The notes under the pieces were generated by a model. The model was not told where the DNA came from. It saw only the letters and a list, made by a program, of their open reading frames with translations, and ran no database searches. From Candidatus Micrarchaeota archaeon (GTDB lineage: Archaea > Micrarchaeota > Micrarchaeia > Anstonellales > Bilamarchaeaceae), in contig CAZYJW010000001.1 of assembly GCA_964647855.1 (NCBI GenBank), positions 357,200 to 421,199 on the forward strand: a stretch of DNA of 64,000 nt. Reading direction: 5' to 3'. Below, in pieces: positions 1 to 10,432 of the stretch. Position 1 is the stretch's first letter; each line of letters begins with the position of its first letter. The position numbers and the translations under genes were made by a program.

Positions 1-954
1 CTCGTTGTAGTGGATGTAGAGCACGCCCTCGCGCATTCCACCCGTGCCCATGAAGAATGCGAGGAAAACGAGGAACAGGGCGGCCGAAGCCATCATGTTG
101 GCCGTGGGGCCGGCGACAAGCACCCTCGTCTGCTTCGGGGCGTCGGCCTTCTCCAGCCTCTTCTCGTCCGGCTCCACGAACGCCCCTATCGGGATGATTC
201 CGAAAAGCACGATTCCCGAAGAAAGGAGCGGAACGCGCGCGATGCGGGTCAGGACCGCATGCGCGCCCTCATGCACGGCCATCACAACCGCGAGGGCGAT
301 TATGCCCTCGAAGAAAGGCAGGTTGATGCCCGGGAGGAGGATGTCCCCGCCCGCGCTCACCCTGGATATCGCGTCGGTGCCGAAGAAGAGGCTCGTCACG
401 AGCGCCCTGAAGATGAAAATCCCGTAATACACGATTCCGAAAAGGATGAGCAGGAAAAGGCCGCCCGCAAGCAGCATCAGGGAGACAATCAGGAGGCCCG
501 CGTCCTGGCTTCCGCCCAGCGATTCGGAAGCGGACGTGCTCGCGCTTCCTATTCCGACGACATAGAGCAGGAATGCGAACGCCACCGGGGCCACATAGAC
601 CATGAGGAAGGCAAGCAGCGCGAATCCGCATGCCGCGCTCTTCGCGGACACGTTCCTGCGCATCAGCTTCGCGCTGAGCAGCCCGTAGCTCATCGTCGCG
701 CCCACGTCGGCGAGGAAGCTGGCGAGGCGCTCGTTTTTCGCGAGCACGTCTATGAAATCCACGCCCCTCCTGCTTTTCAGAAGGACCAGGCCGAGCTCGC
801 TTGGCATCTTATACCTCCTTATAAGGAGCTGGTTGAGCGCGACCATCTCTATGACGACCAGCAGGAACTTCCACGTGCCGGGGATGTCGAGCTGGAAGAC
901 GATGATGTAGAACAGTAAGAGGGCTAGTGCCACTGCGAGCGCGAGAATCATCAT
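1..954 (-). CDS. Site-2 protease (M50 family intramembrane zinc metalloprotease), runs off the window edge
   Basis: Manual minus-strand translation from ATG 954 gives MMILALAVALALLLFY...VVMAVHEGAHAVL...GAFVEPDE...VAGPTAN, with HExxH and AGPxxN motifs. Not in the ORF track because there is no stop in the window. Confidence 0.9.
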   Translation of the reverse strand, partial: MMILALAVALALLLFYIIVFQLDIPGTWKFLLVVIEMVALNQLLIRRYKMPSELGLVLLKSRRGVDFIDVLAKNERLASFLADVGATMSYGLLSAKLMRRNVSAKSAACGFALLAFLMVYVAPVAFAFLLYVVGIGSASTSASESLGGSQDAGLLIVSLMLLAGGLFLLILFGIVYYGIFIFRALVTSLFFGTDAISRVSAGGDILLPGINLPFFEGIIALAVVMAVHEGAHAVLTRIARVPLLSSGIVLFGIIPIGAFVEPDEKRLEKADAPKQTRVLVAGPTANMMASAALFLVFLAFFMGTGGMREGVLYIHYNE

Positions 955-1007
955 GGAGGTGGATTGATGCCTAGGGATTATAATATCTATGGCGGAATAT
1001 CGCCGTC

Positions 1008-1484
1008 ATGGAGCTTTATTGCGATATCTGCGGCCGGGGGCCCGTCCGCGCCCAGATACTCATAGAAGGCGCGAAGGTGCTCGCATGCGGAAGCTGCATG
1101 AGGGGCGGCAAGATACTCCACAGGTTCGACGAGGGGGGCGAGCCGCTTGTGAAGCCGCCATCCGGGTCATCGGTTGAGAGCAGCGAGGAGGTCGTCGAGG
1201 GCTTCGGGAGGATAATAAAGAACGCCCGGGAGAAGTCCGGCCTTCCGCTCGCGGTTGTCGCCGAGCGCGTGCGGGAGAAGGAGAGCTACCTGCAGGCCCT
1301 CGAGCACGAGCGCTTCATGCCGACCCTCGATGTCGCACGGAAGCTCGAGAAGGAGCTCGGCATCAGGCTCGTCGAAAAGTCGCAGAGCGCCGCCGGAGGA
1401 ACGACGCCCATGGGGGGGCGGGGGTTCTCCGAGCCCACCCTTGCCGACATGGTAGAGGCAAAAAAGAAGGGGAAGGGGAAATGA
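1008..1484 (+). CDS. mbf1: Archaeal multiprotein bridging factor aMBF1 (Zn ribbon + HTH)
   Basis: N-terminal CDICG...CGSC zinc ribbon, HTH region IKNAREKSGL...KLEKELGIRL and C-terminal TLAD. Confidence 0.9.
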   Translation: MELYCDICGRGPVRAQILIEGAKVLACGSCMRGGKILHRFDEGGEPLVKPPSGSSVESSEEVVEGFGRIIKNAREKSGLPLAVVAERVREKESYLQALEHERFMPTLDVARKLEKELGIRLVEKSQSAAGGTTPMGGRGFSEPTLADMVEAKKKGKGK

Positions 1485-1521
1485 GGGCGCTTCCGCAGCT
1501 CCTGGGGGGGGCCTGAACCGG

Positions 1522-2559
1522 ATGGGGGTCGACCTGGGCGATTTGGCGGTCAAGCACGCCATAACGCTGGACTCGCTTTCAGGGAAAGCCATCGCGATAG
1601 ACGCATTCAACATGCTCTACCAGTTCCTCTCCTCGATAAGGCAGGAGGACGGCACGCCCCTCATGGATTACAAAGGAAACGTCACGGCGCATCTTTCCGG
1701 CCTTTTCTACCGAAACTGCAAGCTGCTGGAGCACGGCATAAGGCCCATTTATGTCTTCGACGGCAAGGCCCACGCCTTCAAGGAGCGCGTCCAGGGCGAG
1801 CGGGCCGAGGCGAAGCGCAGGGCCGAGGAGAAGTGGAGGGCCGCCCTCGAGCAGGAGAAGCTCGAGGAGGCAAAGAAATTCGCCCAGGGGACATCGCGCC
1901 TCAGCGGGGCGATGGTGGAGGAGAGCAAGAGGCTTCTCGACGCGATGGGAATCCCGGCCGTCCAGGCGCCCTCCGACGGCGAGGCCCAGGCCGCGATGAT
2001 GGTCCAGCAGGGGCTCGCCCATGCGACGGCATCGCAGGATTACGACGCGATGATGTTCGGCTCCCCGCTCCTTGTGCGCAACCTTTCCATAACGGGCAGG
2101 CGGAAGGTTCCGCGCCAGGACAGGTACATCCTCGTGGAGCCTGAACTGATAGAGCTCAAGGAAACCCTATCGTCCATCGGGCTGGACCGGGCCCAGCTGG
2201 TGCTTATCGGCATACTGCTCGGCACGGACTTCAACGAGGGCGTGAAAAGGGTGGGGCCGAAGACCGCCCTCAAGATTGTGAAGGAGCACAGGACCCTGGA
2301 TGCCGTGGCGGCATATGTGAAGGAAAAGTACGATTACAGCTTCGAGGTCGACGCGGAAGAGGTCATGAACCTGTTCCTCGACCCGCCCTATTCGCCGCCG
2401 GGCGAGCTGAAGTGGCGGCCAATCGACGGGGCGCGCGTCCGGAGGATGCTCGTTGACGAGCACGATTTCTCAGAGGACCGCGTGGGCAGGATGGTGTCCG
2501 AGGTGGAGCGCATCGCAAAGGAGCGCTCGGCCCAGAGCAAACTGGACGACTGGTTCTGA
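1522..2559 (+). CDS. fen: Flap endonuclease 1
   Basis: MGV start, IDAFNMLYQFLSSIRQEDGTPL, DGEAQAA, SQDYD, GTDFNEG and C-terminal PIP box QSKLDDWF. Confidence 0.97.
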   Translation: MGVDLGDLAVKHAITLDSLSGKAIAIDAFNMLYQFLSSIRQEDGTPLMDYKGNVTAHLSGLFYRNCKLLEHGIRPIYVFDGKAHAFKERVQGERAEAKRRAEEKWRAALEQEKLEEAKKFAQGTSRLSGAMVEESKRLLDAMGIPAVQAPSDGEAQAAMMVQQGLAHATASQDYDAMMFGSPLLVRNLSITGRRKVPRQDRYILVEPELIELKETLSSIGLDRAQLVLIGILLGTDFNEGVKRVGPKTALKIVKEHRTLDAVAAYVKEKYDYSFEVDAEEVMNLFLDPPYSPPGELKWRPIDGARVRRMLVDEHDFSEDRVGRMVSEVERIAKERSAQSKLDDWF

Positions 2560-2568
2560 GGCGATGCG

Positions 2569-3234
2569 ATGAAACGCGGCACCATCTACTGGCTGGCGCT
2601 CCTCTTCCTCTCTGCCCTTTATGCCTTCGGGACGAGGCTGGTATCCATAGAGGCGCTTGCGATACCCCTGTTCGTGCAGTCTGCGCTCTCCTATCATTAT
2701 GCGGCGACGCGGGGGCGGGGTTTCGCGAAGGGCTCCGGGGTCTTCGTGCTGCTCGGCCTCATCACCCCCATAATACTTATAATCATGATTCTCGCGAGCT
2801 CGGGCCAGGCATTCACGCCCTTGGACGCCGCCGCAATCGTAGCCCTGATCGCGCTGGAGTTCCGCTTCGCCCGCGGCCCGGACAGCCTGGCCTACCTCGA
2901 GCTCCTTGCAATGGGCTCGATAATGCTCCTGCCCCACGAGCGCATCGTGGCGGACCCCCTCATCCCGGTCTTCGTCTTCCTGCTTCTATCACTGGCAATC
3001 GTTGCGAGGGCCTCCAGGGGGGCGGCGCCCGAGGGCGGGCGCAAGGATGCCCCGGAAACACTGGGCTCGTTCCTCGGGCTCGACCGCGCGTTCCGCTCGG
3101 CGGGCCCGCCCGCCCTCCTCGCGGTGTCGGCCTCGGTCATCCTGTCGTTCGCGCTCCATGCTTCGCCCGGCATGGCCGTGCCGGTTTCAATCTGCTTCCT
3201 TTCCTTCGGCAGGCTGATATCCGCTCAGGATTAG
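2569..3234 (+). CDS. Hypothetical multi-pass membrane protein
   Basis: Several hydrophobic segments; starts 9 nt after fen. Confidence 0.65.
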   Translation: MKRGTIYWLALLFLSALYAFGTRLVSIEALAIPLFVQSALSYHYAATRGRGFAKGSGVFVLLGLITPIILIIMILASSGQAFTPLDAAAIVALIALEFRFARGPDSLAYLELLAMGSIMLLPHERIVADPLIPVFVFLLLSLAIVARASRGAAPEGGRKDAPETLGSFLGLDRAFRSAGPPALLAVSASVILSFALHASPGMAVPVSICFLSFGRLISAQD

Positions 3235-3236
3235 GC

Positions 3237-3848
3237 TCATCGTTCAGGGAGGTCCACCAGGCTTATCCAGCCCTCATCGCCCTGGCGCAGCATCCTTCTT
3301 TCCACAAGGTCGATTATAGTGGAGGCGGTACCGTACTTCGTCCTGCCCCCGTCAATCGCCACGTCAGCGGCATCGAGCACGGGCTTCTCCACGTCCGCGA
3401 GGCTAACCGGGGGCGGCTTTCCGGTCGGGTTCGCGCTCGTGGTCACAACCGGCCGGCCCAGCCTCCGGCACAGCTCCCGGCAGAACCGGGAATCAGGAAT
3501 CCTCACGCCCAGCGTGTCCGTTTCCGATGCCGGAAGAGGACGCACCTTCCTCAGGATGAACGTGTAGGGCCCGGGGAGGTATCTCCTGAGAATCATGTCC
3601 TCCCATACGCCGGTATCGCAGTAGTATTCCACCATGCCCAAATCGGGCATCATAACCGAGAGCGGCTTCCCCCCCTCCACGCCCTTCATCCGGAGCACCT
3701 TTGCGACCGCGTCGGCGTTAGTCGCGTCCGCCCCAAGCCCGTAGACGGTGTCGGTGGGGTACACGAGCGTCCCCCCCGTCCTGAGCAGCGCGACCGCCAC
3801 GTCCACCGCGGCGCCATAGTCCTCCTCGGTTATCGTAAGAACCGTCAT
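3237..3848 (-). CDS. sua5: L-threonylcarbamoyladenylate synthase (Sua5/TsaC, YrdC domain only)
   Basis: YPTDTVYGL, KPLS, PGPYTFIL, GVRIP, TSANPTG and STIID motifs; ATG overlaps the lysS stop. Confidence 0.92.
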   Translation of the reverse strand: MTVLTITEEDYGAAVDVAVALLRTGGTLVYPTDTVYGLGADATNADAVAKVLRMKGVEGGKPLSVMMPDLGMVEYYCDTGVWEDMILRRYLPGPYTFILRKVRPLPASETDTLGVRIPDSRFCRELCRRLGRPVVTTSANPTGKPPPVSLADVEKPVLDAADVAIDGGRTKYGTASTIIDLVERRMLRQGDEGWISLVDLPER

Positions 3849-5368
3849 GCCAATCCCATGTCCTTCTTCACCCGCTCGATTCCGAGCGCGCACAGCAGCT
3901 TGCCCATGCGCGGCCCGCGCTCCTTGCCGAGCAGCGCCAGGTAGAGGTCCGCGAAAAGCGCCTTGGGCTCGCAGCCTCCTGCCTTTGCGTAATCGAAGAC
4001 CGCGTTGTGCACGGCGAGGGCGTCCATGCCCTCACGAAGGCTCCCGAGGAAGCCGAGCGCGGCTGCGGTCGCCTTCGCCCGGTCCGGCCGGTATTTGAAG
4101 CGGTAGTCGTCGGGCATGAAGTCGCGCGAAACCCACTCCTCCACGAACGGCCGGAGGTATCCTACGCCCTGCGCGTCGCCTGTCAGCCTTGCGACTTCGC
4201 TCCAGTCGTGGTGTATCTGGTAATAGAGCAGAACGTCAAGGAATCCCACCTTCCACTTCAGCGTCTCGGCGGAAAGCTCGTAGGCGATGGCCATCTTGCG
4301 CTCGTGGCGGTTGAGCGCCTCCTTGTCGCCCTTCGCGAGCTCCGCGGCCTTCTGGAAGTCGTCCATCGTCTTCAGCATGCTCTCCGCCGTGGGGTTGATG
4401 TCCACGTTCTCCTCCAGGTCCGGCTTCACAAGAATATACCTTATTATCTCGGGCGGGACGAGCCGGACCAGGTCCGAGACCCCCATCCCGATGCCCTTGG
4501 ATTTCGAGTATTTCTTCCCCTGGAACAGGATGAAGCCGTACTTGAAGGGGATATGGTAGTCCGCCTTCATGAGGCCGAGCGTGATTTCCCTGCACGTGTC
4601 CTCGGAGCCGCCCCTCGTGTGGTGGTCCATCCCCGCGCCTTCTATGCTGGTGTGGAATATCTGCTTCCATGCCGGCCAGTGCAGCCTCCATGTTATCTTG
4701 TACCTGTGGTCCGCTATCCGCGCCTTCCCGCGGAATCCGCATCCCTTCGTGTACTTCACGTCCCTGTCGCACGCGTATTCGTATTCCTCTCCGTCATGCG
4801 AGAGGACGCGCGTCGTGGCGATTTTGCCGCAGCCGGAGCAGATGGGCATTATGGGCGACCAGTCCTTCTTCTCCTGCTTCCCGCTGCTCTCCTCCACAAT
4901 CCGCTTCGCCTCGGACTCGTTCTTCAGGTAGAAACGCGCCCATTCGTCGAATTTCCCCTCCCCATAGAGGTCGTTCATGCGCAGGACCGCCGCCTTGACG
5001 CCGAATTTTCCCATTAGCGCCCGGACCTCTTCCAGGAAATGGTCCCCGAAGCTGGGGGACCTGCCGGTGGGGTCGGGCACGTCGCACAGCGGCTTTCCGA
5101 GATGCCGCTCCAGCTCCTTCGAATGCGCCTCCATCGCCACGGGCACCGAGTCGAACGCGTCCAATATGTCCGCGAGGAAATAGAACGTCGCCTTCTTCCC
5201 CCTCCTCTCGAGCTGCCTGCGTATGGCGTCCGGGAAAAGGAACTCGCATAGGGTTCCGAGGTGGGCGGGCCCGGAGGTGGTGATTCCGCTCGTGATGACA
5301 TACGGCTCCTTCTTCTCCGCGATGACGCGCTCGGCGAGCCACTCCGACCAGTGCTTGTGCTCCGACAT
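3845..5368 (-). CDS. lysS: Lysine--tRNA ligase, class I
   Basis: SGITTSGPAHLG (HIGH-like), CSGCGKI zinc site, WRLHWPAW, GMDH, KYSKSKG (KMSKS-like) and GPRMG. Confidence 0.95.
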   Translation of the reverse strand: MSEHKHWSEWLAERVIAEKKEPYVITSGITTSGPAHLGTLCEFLFPDAIRRQLERRGKKATFYFLADILDAFDSVPVAMEAHSKELERHLGKPLCDVPDPTGRSPSFGDHFLEEVRALMGKFGVKAAVLRMNDLYGEGKFDEWARFYLKNESEAKRIVEESSGKQEKKDWSPIMPICSGCGKIATTRVLSHDGEEYEYACDRDVKYTKGCGFRGKARIADHRYKITWRLHWPAWKQIFHTSIEGAGMDHHTRGGSEDTCREITLGLMKADYHIPFKYGFILFQGKKYSKSKGIGMGVSDLVRLVPPEIIRYILVKPDLEENVDINPTAESMLKTMDDFQKAAELAKGDKEALNRHERKMAIAYELSAETLKWKVGFLDVLLYYQIHHDWSEVARLTGDAQGVGYLRPFVEEWVSRDFMPDDYRFKYRPDRAKATAAALGFLGSLREGMDALAVHNAVFDYAKAGGCEPKALFADLYLALLGKERGPRMGKLLCALGIERVKKDMGLA

Positions 5369-5422
5369 GGTATCCGGGGAAACTTACCAGATAACACTTT
5401 TTATCTCTTGGGTTCGGGGGCA

Positions 5423-6274
5423 TCAGCCGGCAAGGGCCCTCTTCCAGAAGAAGTATGTCAGGCTGATGCCCGCAAGCGATATCACGGTCGCCTGAACTAC
5501 GGAAAGCGCGAGCGTCACTGCGAAAAGCAGGGCGAGCGCCGCCATGTCCGCCGCTGATGCCGCCACCACCGCCATCATTATCTGCTGGGCGAGGCCGAAC
5601 GCCAGAGTCAGGCCGACTATCACGATGACGAGGAGCGTGTCGAAAAGCACGACCGCCCAGGCGTTCCTCCTGACGAGGGCGTAAGAGTTGCGCATCGCGG
5701 TTATCGCGTCCGAGCCCCTCACGGCTATCTCGGCGGTCGCGAACTGCGTCCCTATGAAAAGCACGAGGAGGCCCAGCAGCGACAGCAGCATGATGGGCGG
5801 GACGAGCAGCACCCCGGCATCCGGTGCCGCAAGGCCCACTATGAGGGGAACGCCCAGGAGCACCAGCGCTATGCCCCCGATGGCCGCGATATAGGCGCCG
5901 ATGGGCCCGACCAGCCCAAGCGCCCTCCGCAGGATGCCCGGCCCGGGTTTCTTCCCGGCCGCCTCGATGATGCCGTATGGCACCGCGGCTATCGCGCTGC
6001 TGACGACAATGTAGAACACGAGGAGCACGAACAGGGCGAGTGTGAGCGCGATGTCCGGCTCTGCGCCGGCATCCACATACTGCGCCGTTGGGTCAAGCGC
6101 CGGGGAGCCCAGCACCACGCTCGCGCCGGCCATCGCCAGCATTAGCGCAAGCTGGAATGCTATCGCCAGCACCGCGACCTTCACGAATCCGAGGCCGGCT
6201 TCCTGCAGGTGCTTCCTGAAGAACCCCGCCGTGTCAGCGAGTGAGTCTACGAATACCTCTATCGCCCCTGCCAT
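5423..6274 (-). CDS. Hypothetical integral membrane protein
   Basis: About six TM segments; start re-chosen at MAGAIEV. Confidence 0.7.
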   Translation of the reverse strand: MAGAIEVFVDSLADTAGFFRKHLQEAGLGFVKVAVLAIAFQLALMLAMAGASVVLGSPALDPTAQYVDAGAEPDIALTLALFVLLVFYIVVSSAIAAVPYGIIEAAGKKPGPGILRRALGLVGPIGAYIAAIGGIALVLLGVPLIVGLAAPDAGVLLVPPIMLLSLLGLLVLFIGTQFATAEIAVRGSDAITAMRNSYALVRRNAWAVVLFDTLLVIVIVGLTLAFGLAQQIMMAVVAASAADMAALALLFAVTLALSVVQATVISLAGISLTYFFWKRALAG

Positions 6275-6326
6275 GGCAGAGATGCATGAGCAACCTTTAA
6301 AAACACCTCGCAGCACGTATCTGGAA

Positions 6327-6442
6327 TGTCAGCGGTCACAGGGAGGGGGCAACACCTGATCCCGTTCCGAACTCAGAAGTTAAGACCCTCCACGGTGCTT
6401 TGAGTACTGCCCTACGGGCGGGAAAATGCACTGCTGCTGACA
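6327..6442 (+). rRNA. rrf: 5S rRNA (stand-alone)
   Basis: Contains ACACCTGATCCCGTTCCGAACTCAGAAGTTAAG and GAGTACT motifs; ends TGTCAGCGG/CTGCTGACA pair as helix I; TTTAAAA box about 25-30 nt upstream. Confidence 0.95.
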
Positions 6443-6483
6443 CTCATACTTCTCTTTTAATCGTTCTCCCCCCAATCCCATCC

Positions 6484-6999
6484 ATGGAATTCTTCGATGC
6501 GCTCGACAAACGCCGGTCGGTCAGGGAATATTCAGGCAAGCCGGTTGACGCACATTCGCTCAAGCGCCTGCTCGACGCCGTGATGCTCGCCCCCTCCGCC
6601 GGAGGCCTCCAGGCGTTTCGGATGTACCTGGTGCGGGATGAGGCGGCGAGGCGCTCGCTCTCCGAAGCGTCTTTCGGCCAGGAGTGCGTCGCGCAGGCCC
6701 CGCTCTCCATCGTCTTCACCGCGGACCAGAACCTCTCCGCGTCCAAATACGGGGAGAGGGGGTTCGAGCTTTATTCCGTGCAGGATGCGACGATAGCCGC
6801 GGCCTACATGCAGCTTGCCGCCGCGGCGCTCGGCCTCGGCTCGGTCTGGGTGGGCGGCTTCGACCCGCTCGAGGTCTCGCGCATAGTCGGCGCCGGGGCG
6901 TACGAGGTTCCGGTGGCGATTATCCCGCTCGGGCATCCAGCCGGGAGCCCGGAGCGCGCCCCGCGCCGGGCCGTAGGGGAGATGCTCAAGGAGGTGTGA
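6484..6999 (+). CDS. Nitroreductase family protein
   Basis: RRSVREY, APSAGGLQ, LGLGSVWVGGF and IPLGHP motifs. Confidence 0.92.
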   Translation: MEFFDALDKRRSVREYSGKPVDAHSLKRLLDAVMLAPSAGGLQAFRMYLVRDEAARRSLSEASFGQECVAQAPLSIVFTADQNLSASKYGERGFELYSVQDATIAAAYMQLAAAALGLGSVWVGGFDPLEVSRIVGAGAYEVPVAIIPLGHPAGSPERAPRRAVGEMLKEV

Positions 7000-7001
7000 G
7001 C

Positions 7002-7256
7002 ATGGCATTGGACGAGCGCTCGCGGGCGGAGAAGGACCTCCAAAAGCTATCCCGCATAATGGATGTCTTCCGCTCCTACGGCTTCGAGAGGAAATACCCG
7101 GAGGTTTACGAATATGCCATGAACTACGGCACGGACGCGAGGCACTATTTCGAAAAGGGCGACCATTTCACCTCGTTCGGGGCGGCGAACTACGCCTACG
7201 GCTTCATAGATGCCGTCCTCGTCATCGAGGGGAAGAAGGATGGGCATGTCCTTTGA
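7002..7256 (+). CDS. DUF357-like small helical protein
   Basis: MALDERSRAEKDL...AMNYGTDARHYFEKGDHFTSFGAANYAYGFIDA matches the archaeal DUF357 pattern. Confidence 0.8.
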   Translation: MALDERSRAEKDLQKLSRIMDVFRSYGFERKYPEVYEYAMNYGTDARHYFEKGDHFTSFGAANYAYGFIDAVLVIEGKKDGHVL

Positions 7257-7995
7257 GCGGAAGAAATCCCTGGGCCAGCACTTCCTCGAGGACAGGAACA
7301 TCCTCGCGCTGGAGGCCCGGCTTGCGGAGCCCTCCGGAAAGGTTGTCCTTGAAATCGGGCCCGGCGACGGCCGCCTTTCGGACGCCATCCTCGCCCTCGG
7401 GCCGAAAAAGCTTATCGCGGTGGAGAAGGACGCGAGATTCGCGGAATCCCTCAGGGGGAAGTACGCGGGCCGCGCCGATGTGGAGGTCGTGGAGGCCGAC
7501 TTCCTGGATTACGGCCCCCCCGCATTCGACGTCGCAATCGGAAACATCCCCTATTACATCTCATCGGACATCGTATTCCGCCTAGCAGGCATGAAGTTCG
7601 GGCGGGCTGTGCTGATGGTCCAGAAGGAGTTCGCGCAGAAGATGGTTGCAGGGCCCGGCGAGAGGAATTACGGGCGCCTTTCCGTGACGTCGCAGATCGC
7701 CTTCGAAATCAGGATGGAGCGGACGGTCCTGCGCCACCTCTTCCGCCCGGCCCCCGAAGTGGATTCGGCGATAATCGTGCTCAGGCCAACCGGGGCGCAG
7801 CTCACCCAGTTCCAGCAGAACCTGATACGCTGGCTTTTTTCGCACAGGAACAAGACCGTCAGGAACGCCCTGCGGGATTCCAAGATGTTCACCGAAGAGG
7901 AGATTGCGCGCGCCGGAGAATTCGGAAGGCGCCGGGTCCGCACACTTTCCAAAGGGGAGGCGCTGGAAATCGCAACCCTGCTCGAAAAATATTAA
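7246..7995 (+). CDS. ksgA: 16S rRNA dimethyladenosine transferase (KsgA/RsmA)
   Basis: LGQHFL, LEIGPGDG, GNIPYYISS, MVQKEFA, YGRLSV and FRPAPEVDS motifs. Confidence 0.96.
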   Translation: MSFERKKSLGQHFLEDRNILALEARLAEPSGKVVLEIGPGDGRLSDAILALGPKKLIAVEKDARFAESLRGKYAGRADVEVVEADFLDYGPPAFDVAIGNIPYYISSDIVFRLAGMKFGRAVLMVQKEFAQKMVAGPGERNYGRLSVTSQIAFEIRMERTVLRHLFRPAPEVDSAIIVLRPTGAQLTQFQQNLIRWLFSHRNKTVRNALRDSKMFTEEEIARAGEFGRRRVRTLSKGEALEIATLLEKY

Positions 7996-8028
7996 AAGCG
8001 TGGGAGGCTATCCAATCCAGGTGGCAAT

Positions 8029-8307
8029 ATGAAGACACTGGCTGAATTCCGTGACGAGATGAAGGCATTGAGGATGGAGATGTTCCAGAACGCCGAGATG
8101 GCAGACACGAAGCTCGTGGCGAGCTGGGTGGACAGGCTGGTCCTCTCGCTCGAAGGCCTTGCGGACACCGTCGAGATGATGGGAACCGAGCTGGATGTGG
8201 CGAACGAATGCTGCTGCATGGCGGCACCGGCCCCCAAGGCGAAGAAAGCGCCCAAGACGGCCGGCAAGAAGAAGGCGAAGGCCGCGAAGAAGGGAAAGAG
8301 GCGCTGA
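8029..8307 (+). CDS. Small hypothetical protein: helical acidic N-terminus, CCC motif and Lys/Ala-rich basic tail
   Basis: GGTGG RBS upstream, typical codon usage, C-terminal PKAKKAPKTAGKKKAKAAKKGKRR. Confidence 0.75.
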   Translation: MKTLAEFRDEMKALRMEMFQNAEMADTKLVASWVDRLVLSLEGLADTVEMMGTELDVANECCCMAAPAPKAKKAPKTAGKKKAKAAKKGKRR

Positions 8308-8309
8308 GC

Positions 8310-9278
8310 ATGCGGCTTCTGTTGACCGCCCTGGCGGCGCTGGTGCTGCTTTTCGGCTGCATACAGATGCCCGGGCAATCCCAGGCCGGGCAGGGCTCCG
8401 GAGGCACGGCAACGCCTCCGCAGGGCGCCCAGGATTCATCGGGGCCTGCGGGCGGGGCTGCTTCCGGCGATGGGGACGCCGGCGCGGAAGAGGCGGCTTC
8501 AGGAGGGACGCAGGGCACCGAACCCGCGGCGGCTGATGATGGCGCCGGGGACGACCAGGGCGAAGGCGAAAGCGCGGATGAAGGGCAGGCCGGAACGCAG
8601 GGGCCCCAAACATCGATTCCCAACCGCGACGTCTCATACAAGTCGGGCGCATGGGTAATCTACGGCACGATATACGAAAGCCAGTCGAAGTCGCCCACCC
8701 ACGCCGTGATCCTGCTTCCGGAGCTGGGGAAGGCGCGCGACAGCTACCCCGTTTCATTCATCGAAAGCCTGCACGCGCAGCTTCCTGATGCGGTCGTCCT
8801 CGCCCTCGACCTGCGCGGCCACGGCGAGAGCACGAACCTGGGAACCTACGACGAGTTCGTATCGGCCGATTTCAGGGACATGAAGACCGACGTCCTGAAC
8901 GCGAAGCCGTTCCTCCAGAAGGAATACCCCAACGTTGAGGAGTTCTACCTTGTGGGGGCGAGCATCGGCTCGAGCGCAGCGATACTCGCGGGCGTGCAGG
9001 AGAAGACGTTCCACAAGGTCGTGATGATATCGCCCGGGATGGATTACCAGGGGGTCGACATCGAGAGGGCGGCCGAGGACTACCAGTTCGACGTTCTCGC
9101 CGCCGCATCCAGCGGCGACGCCTACTCGTTCCAGTCGGCGAACACAATCCGCTCGCTGCGCTCGGCGCGGACCGTGGTGAAGTCGTACCCGGGCTCTGCG
9201 CACGGGGCGGGCCTCTTCGCCTCGAGCGAAGGCGAAAGCGAGCCGCTCTCCGCCGCAATCGTGGAGTTCCTGAAATGA
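8310..9278 (+). CDS. Secreted lipoprotein-like alpha/beta hydrolase
   Basis: Signal ending LLFGC, G/A/E/Q-rich linker, DLRGHGES, GASIG nucleophile elbow and C-terminal AHG. Confidence 0.85.
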   Translation: MRLLLTALAALVLLFGCIQMPGQSQAGQGSGGTATPPQGAQDSSGPAGGAASGDGDAGAEEAASGGTQGTEPAAADDGAGDDQGEGESADEGQAGTQGPQTSIPNRDVSYKSGAWVIYGTIYESQSKSPTHAVILLPELGKARDSYPVSFIESLHAQLPDAVVLALDLRGHGESTNLGTYDEFVSADFRDMKTDVLNAKPFLQKEYPNVEEFYLVGASIGSSAAILAGVQEKTFHKVVMISPGMDYQGVDIERAAEDYQFDVLAAASSGDAYSFQSANTIRSLRSARTVVKSYPGSAHGAGLFASSEGESEPLSAAIVEFLK

Positions 9279-9282
9279 GCGC

Positions 9283-10404
9283 CTAGAACCCGAAAATCCC
9301 CTTCTTCTTCCCTTTTTCCTCGCCCTCCAGCTCCTGCAGCAGCTCCTTCTGCCTTTTTCCAAGCTTCTTGGGCACCTCTATCACGACCCGGACAAGCTCG
9401 TCGCCCCTGCCCCCGTCCCCGAAGCGGGGCATGCCCTCGCCCTTCATCCTGAAGACCGTATGGGACTGGGTGCCGGCGGGGATGTGCAGCCGCGCCTTCC
9501 CGAACAGGGTGGGAACGTCTATTTCGCCCCCGAGCGCCGCGCGGGAGAACGTGATTGGCATCTCCAGGAGAAGGTCGTCGCCATCCCGCTCGAACACTTG
9601 GTGCGGCCTTACTGCCACCCTGACGAACAGGTCCCCCGGCCCGTCGCGGCCGAACTCCCCCAGGTCCTCGAGCCGGAGCCGCATGCCGCTGTGCACGCCG
9701 GGGGGTATGCCGACCTTGATGTGCTCGTGCGCGCTCGCTTTCCCGCTTCCGCTGCACGATACACATGGGTTCTCGACTATGCTTCCCTCGCCCCTGCACC
9801 TTTGGCATGTCGTCACGCTGAAGAACTGCATGGGGCCTGCCCTGCGCGCCTGCTGGACCTGCCCCCTGCCCCCGCAGTCCGGGCACGGCTTCCTGGCGCT
9901 TCCGGGCTCGCTCCCGCTGCCGCCGCATTTGCCGCACGCCCTCGTGCGGTTGTAGGATATGTCCCTCTTGGCGCCCTTCGCTGCCTCCTCCAGCGTTACC
10001 TGCACCACGGTCTCGAGGTCGGCGCCGTATTCGCGCCTGCGCCCCCCGCGCCCCGGCCTGAAGCCGAACATCGAGCCGAACATGCCGCCGAAGGGGTCGA
10101 ACCCGAAGCTCTCGAAGATGTCCTGGAAGTCGGAGAAGTCCGCGCTCCGGAAGATGTCCTCCTGCGAATACATCCGGTCGAATCCTGCATGTCCGTACTG
10201 GTCGTACTGGGCCCGCTTGTTGTCGTCTGAGAGGACCGCGTAAGCCTCGGATATCTCCTTGAACCTGCCTTCGGCTTCCTTGTCCTTGTTGCGGTCGGGG
10301 TGGAACTGCAGCGCGAGCTTCCGGTACGCCTTCTTGATTTCCTCCTTGCCCGCGCCCTTCTGCACCCCGAGTATCTCGTAATAGTCCCTTTTAGCAGCAG
10401 CCAT
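9283..10404 (-). CDS. dnaJ: Chaperone DnaJ
   Basis: J domain with HPD, G/F region and four CxxCxGxG repeats. Confidence 0.97.
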   Translation of the reverse strand: MAAAKRDYYEILGVQKGAGKEEIKKAYRKLALQFHPDRNKDKEAEGRFKEISEAYAVLSDDNKRAQYDQYGHAGFDRMYSQEDIFRSADFSDFQDIFESFGFDPFGGMFGSMFGFRPGRGGRRREYGADLETVVQVTLEEAAKGAKRDISYNRTRACGKCGGSGSEPGSARKPCPDCGGRGQVQQARRAGPMQFFSVTTCQRCRGEGSIVENPCVSCSGSGKASAHEHIKVGIPPGVHSGMRLRLEDLGEFGRDGPGDLFVRVAVRPHQVFERDGDDLLLEMPITFSRAALGGEIDVPTLFGKARLHIPAGTQSHTVFRMKGEGMPRFGDGGRGDELVRVVIEVPKKLGKRQKELLQELEGEEKGKKKGIFGF

Positions 10405-10432
10405 GTTTTCGCCTTCGGCAACAACCCATCCG

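Noticed and set aside
10..918. 302-aa plus-strand ORF
   Set aside because: Antisense shadow of the minus-strand M50 protease; its composition is typical of high-GC shadow frames.
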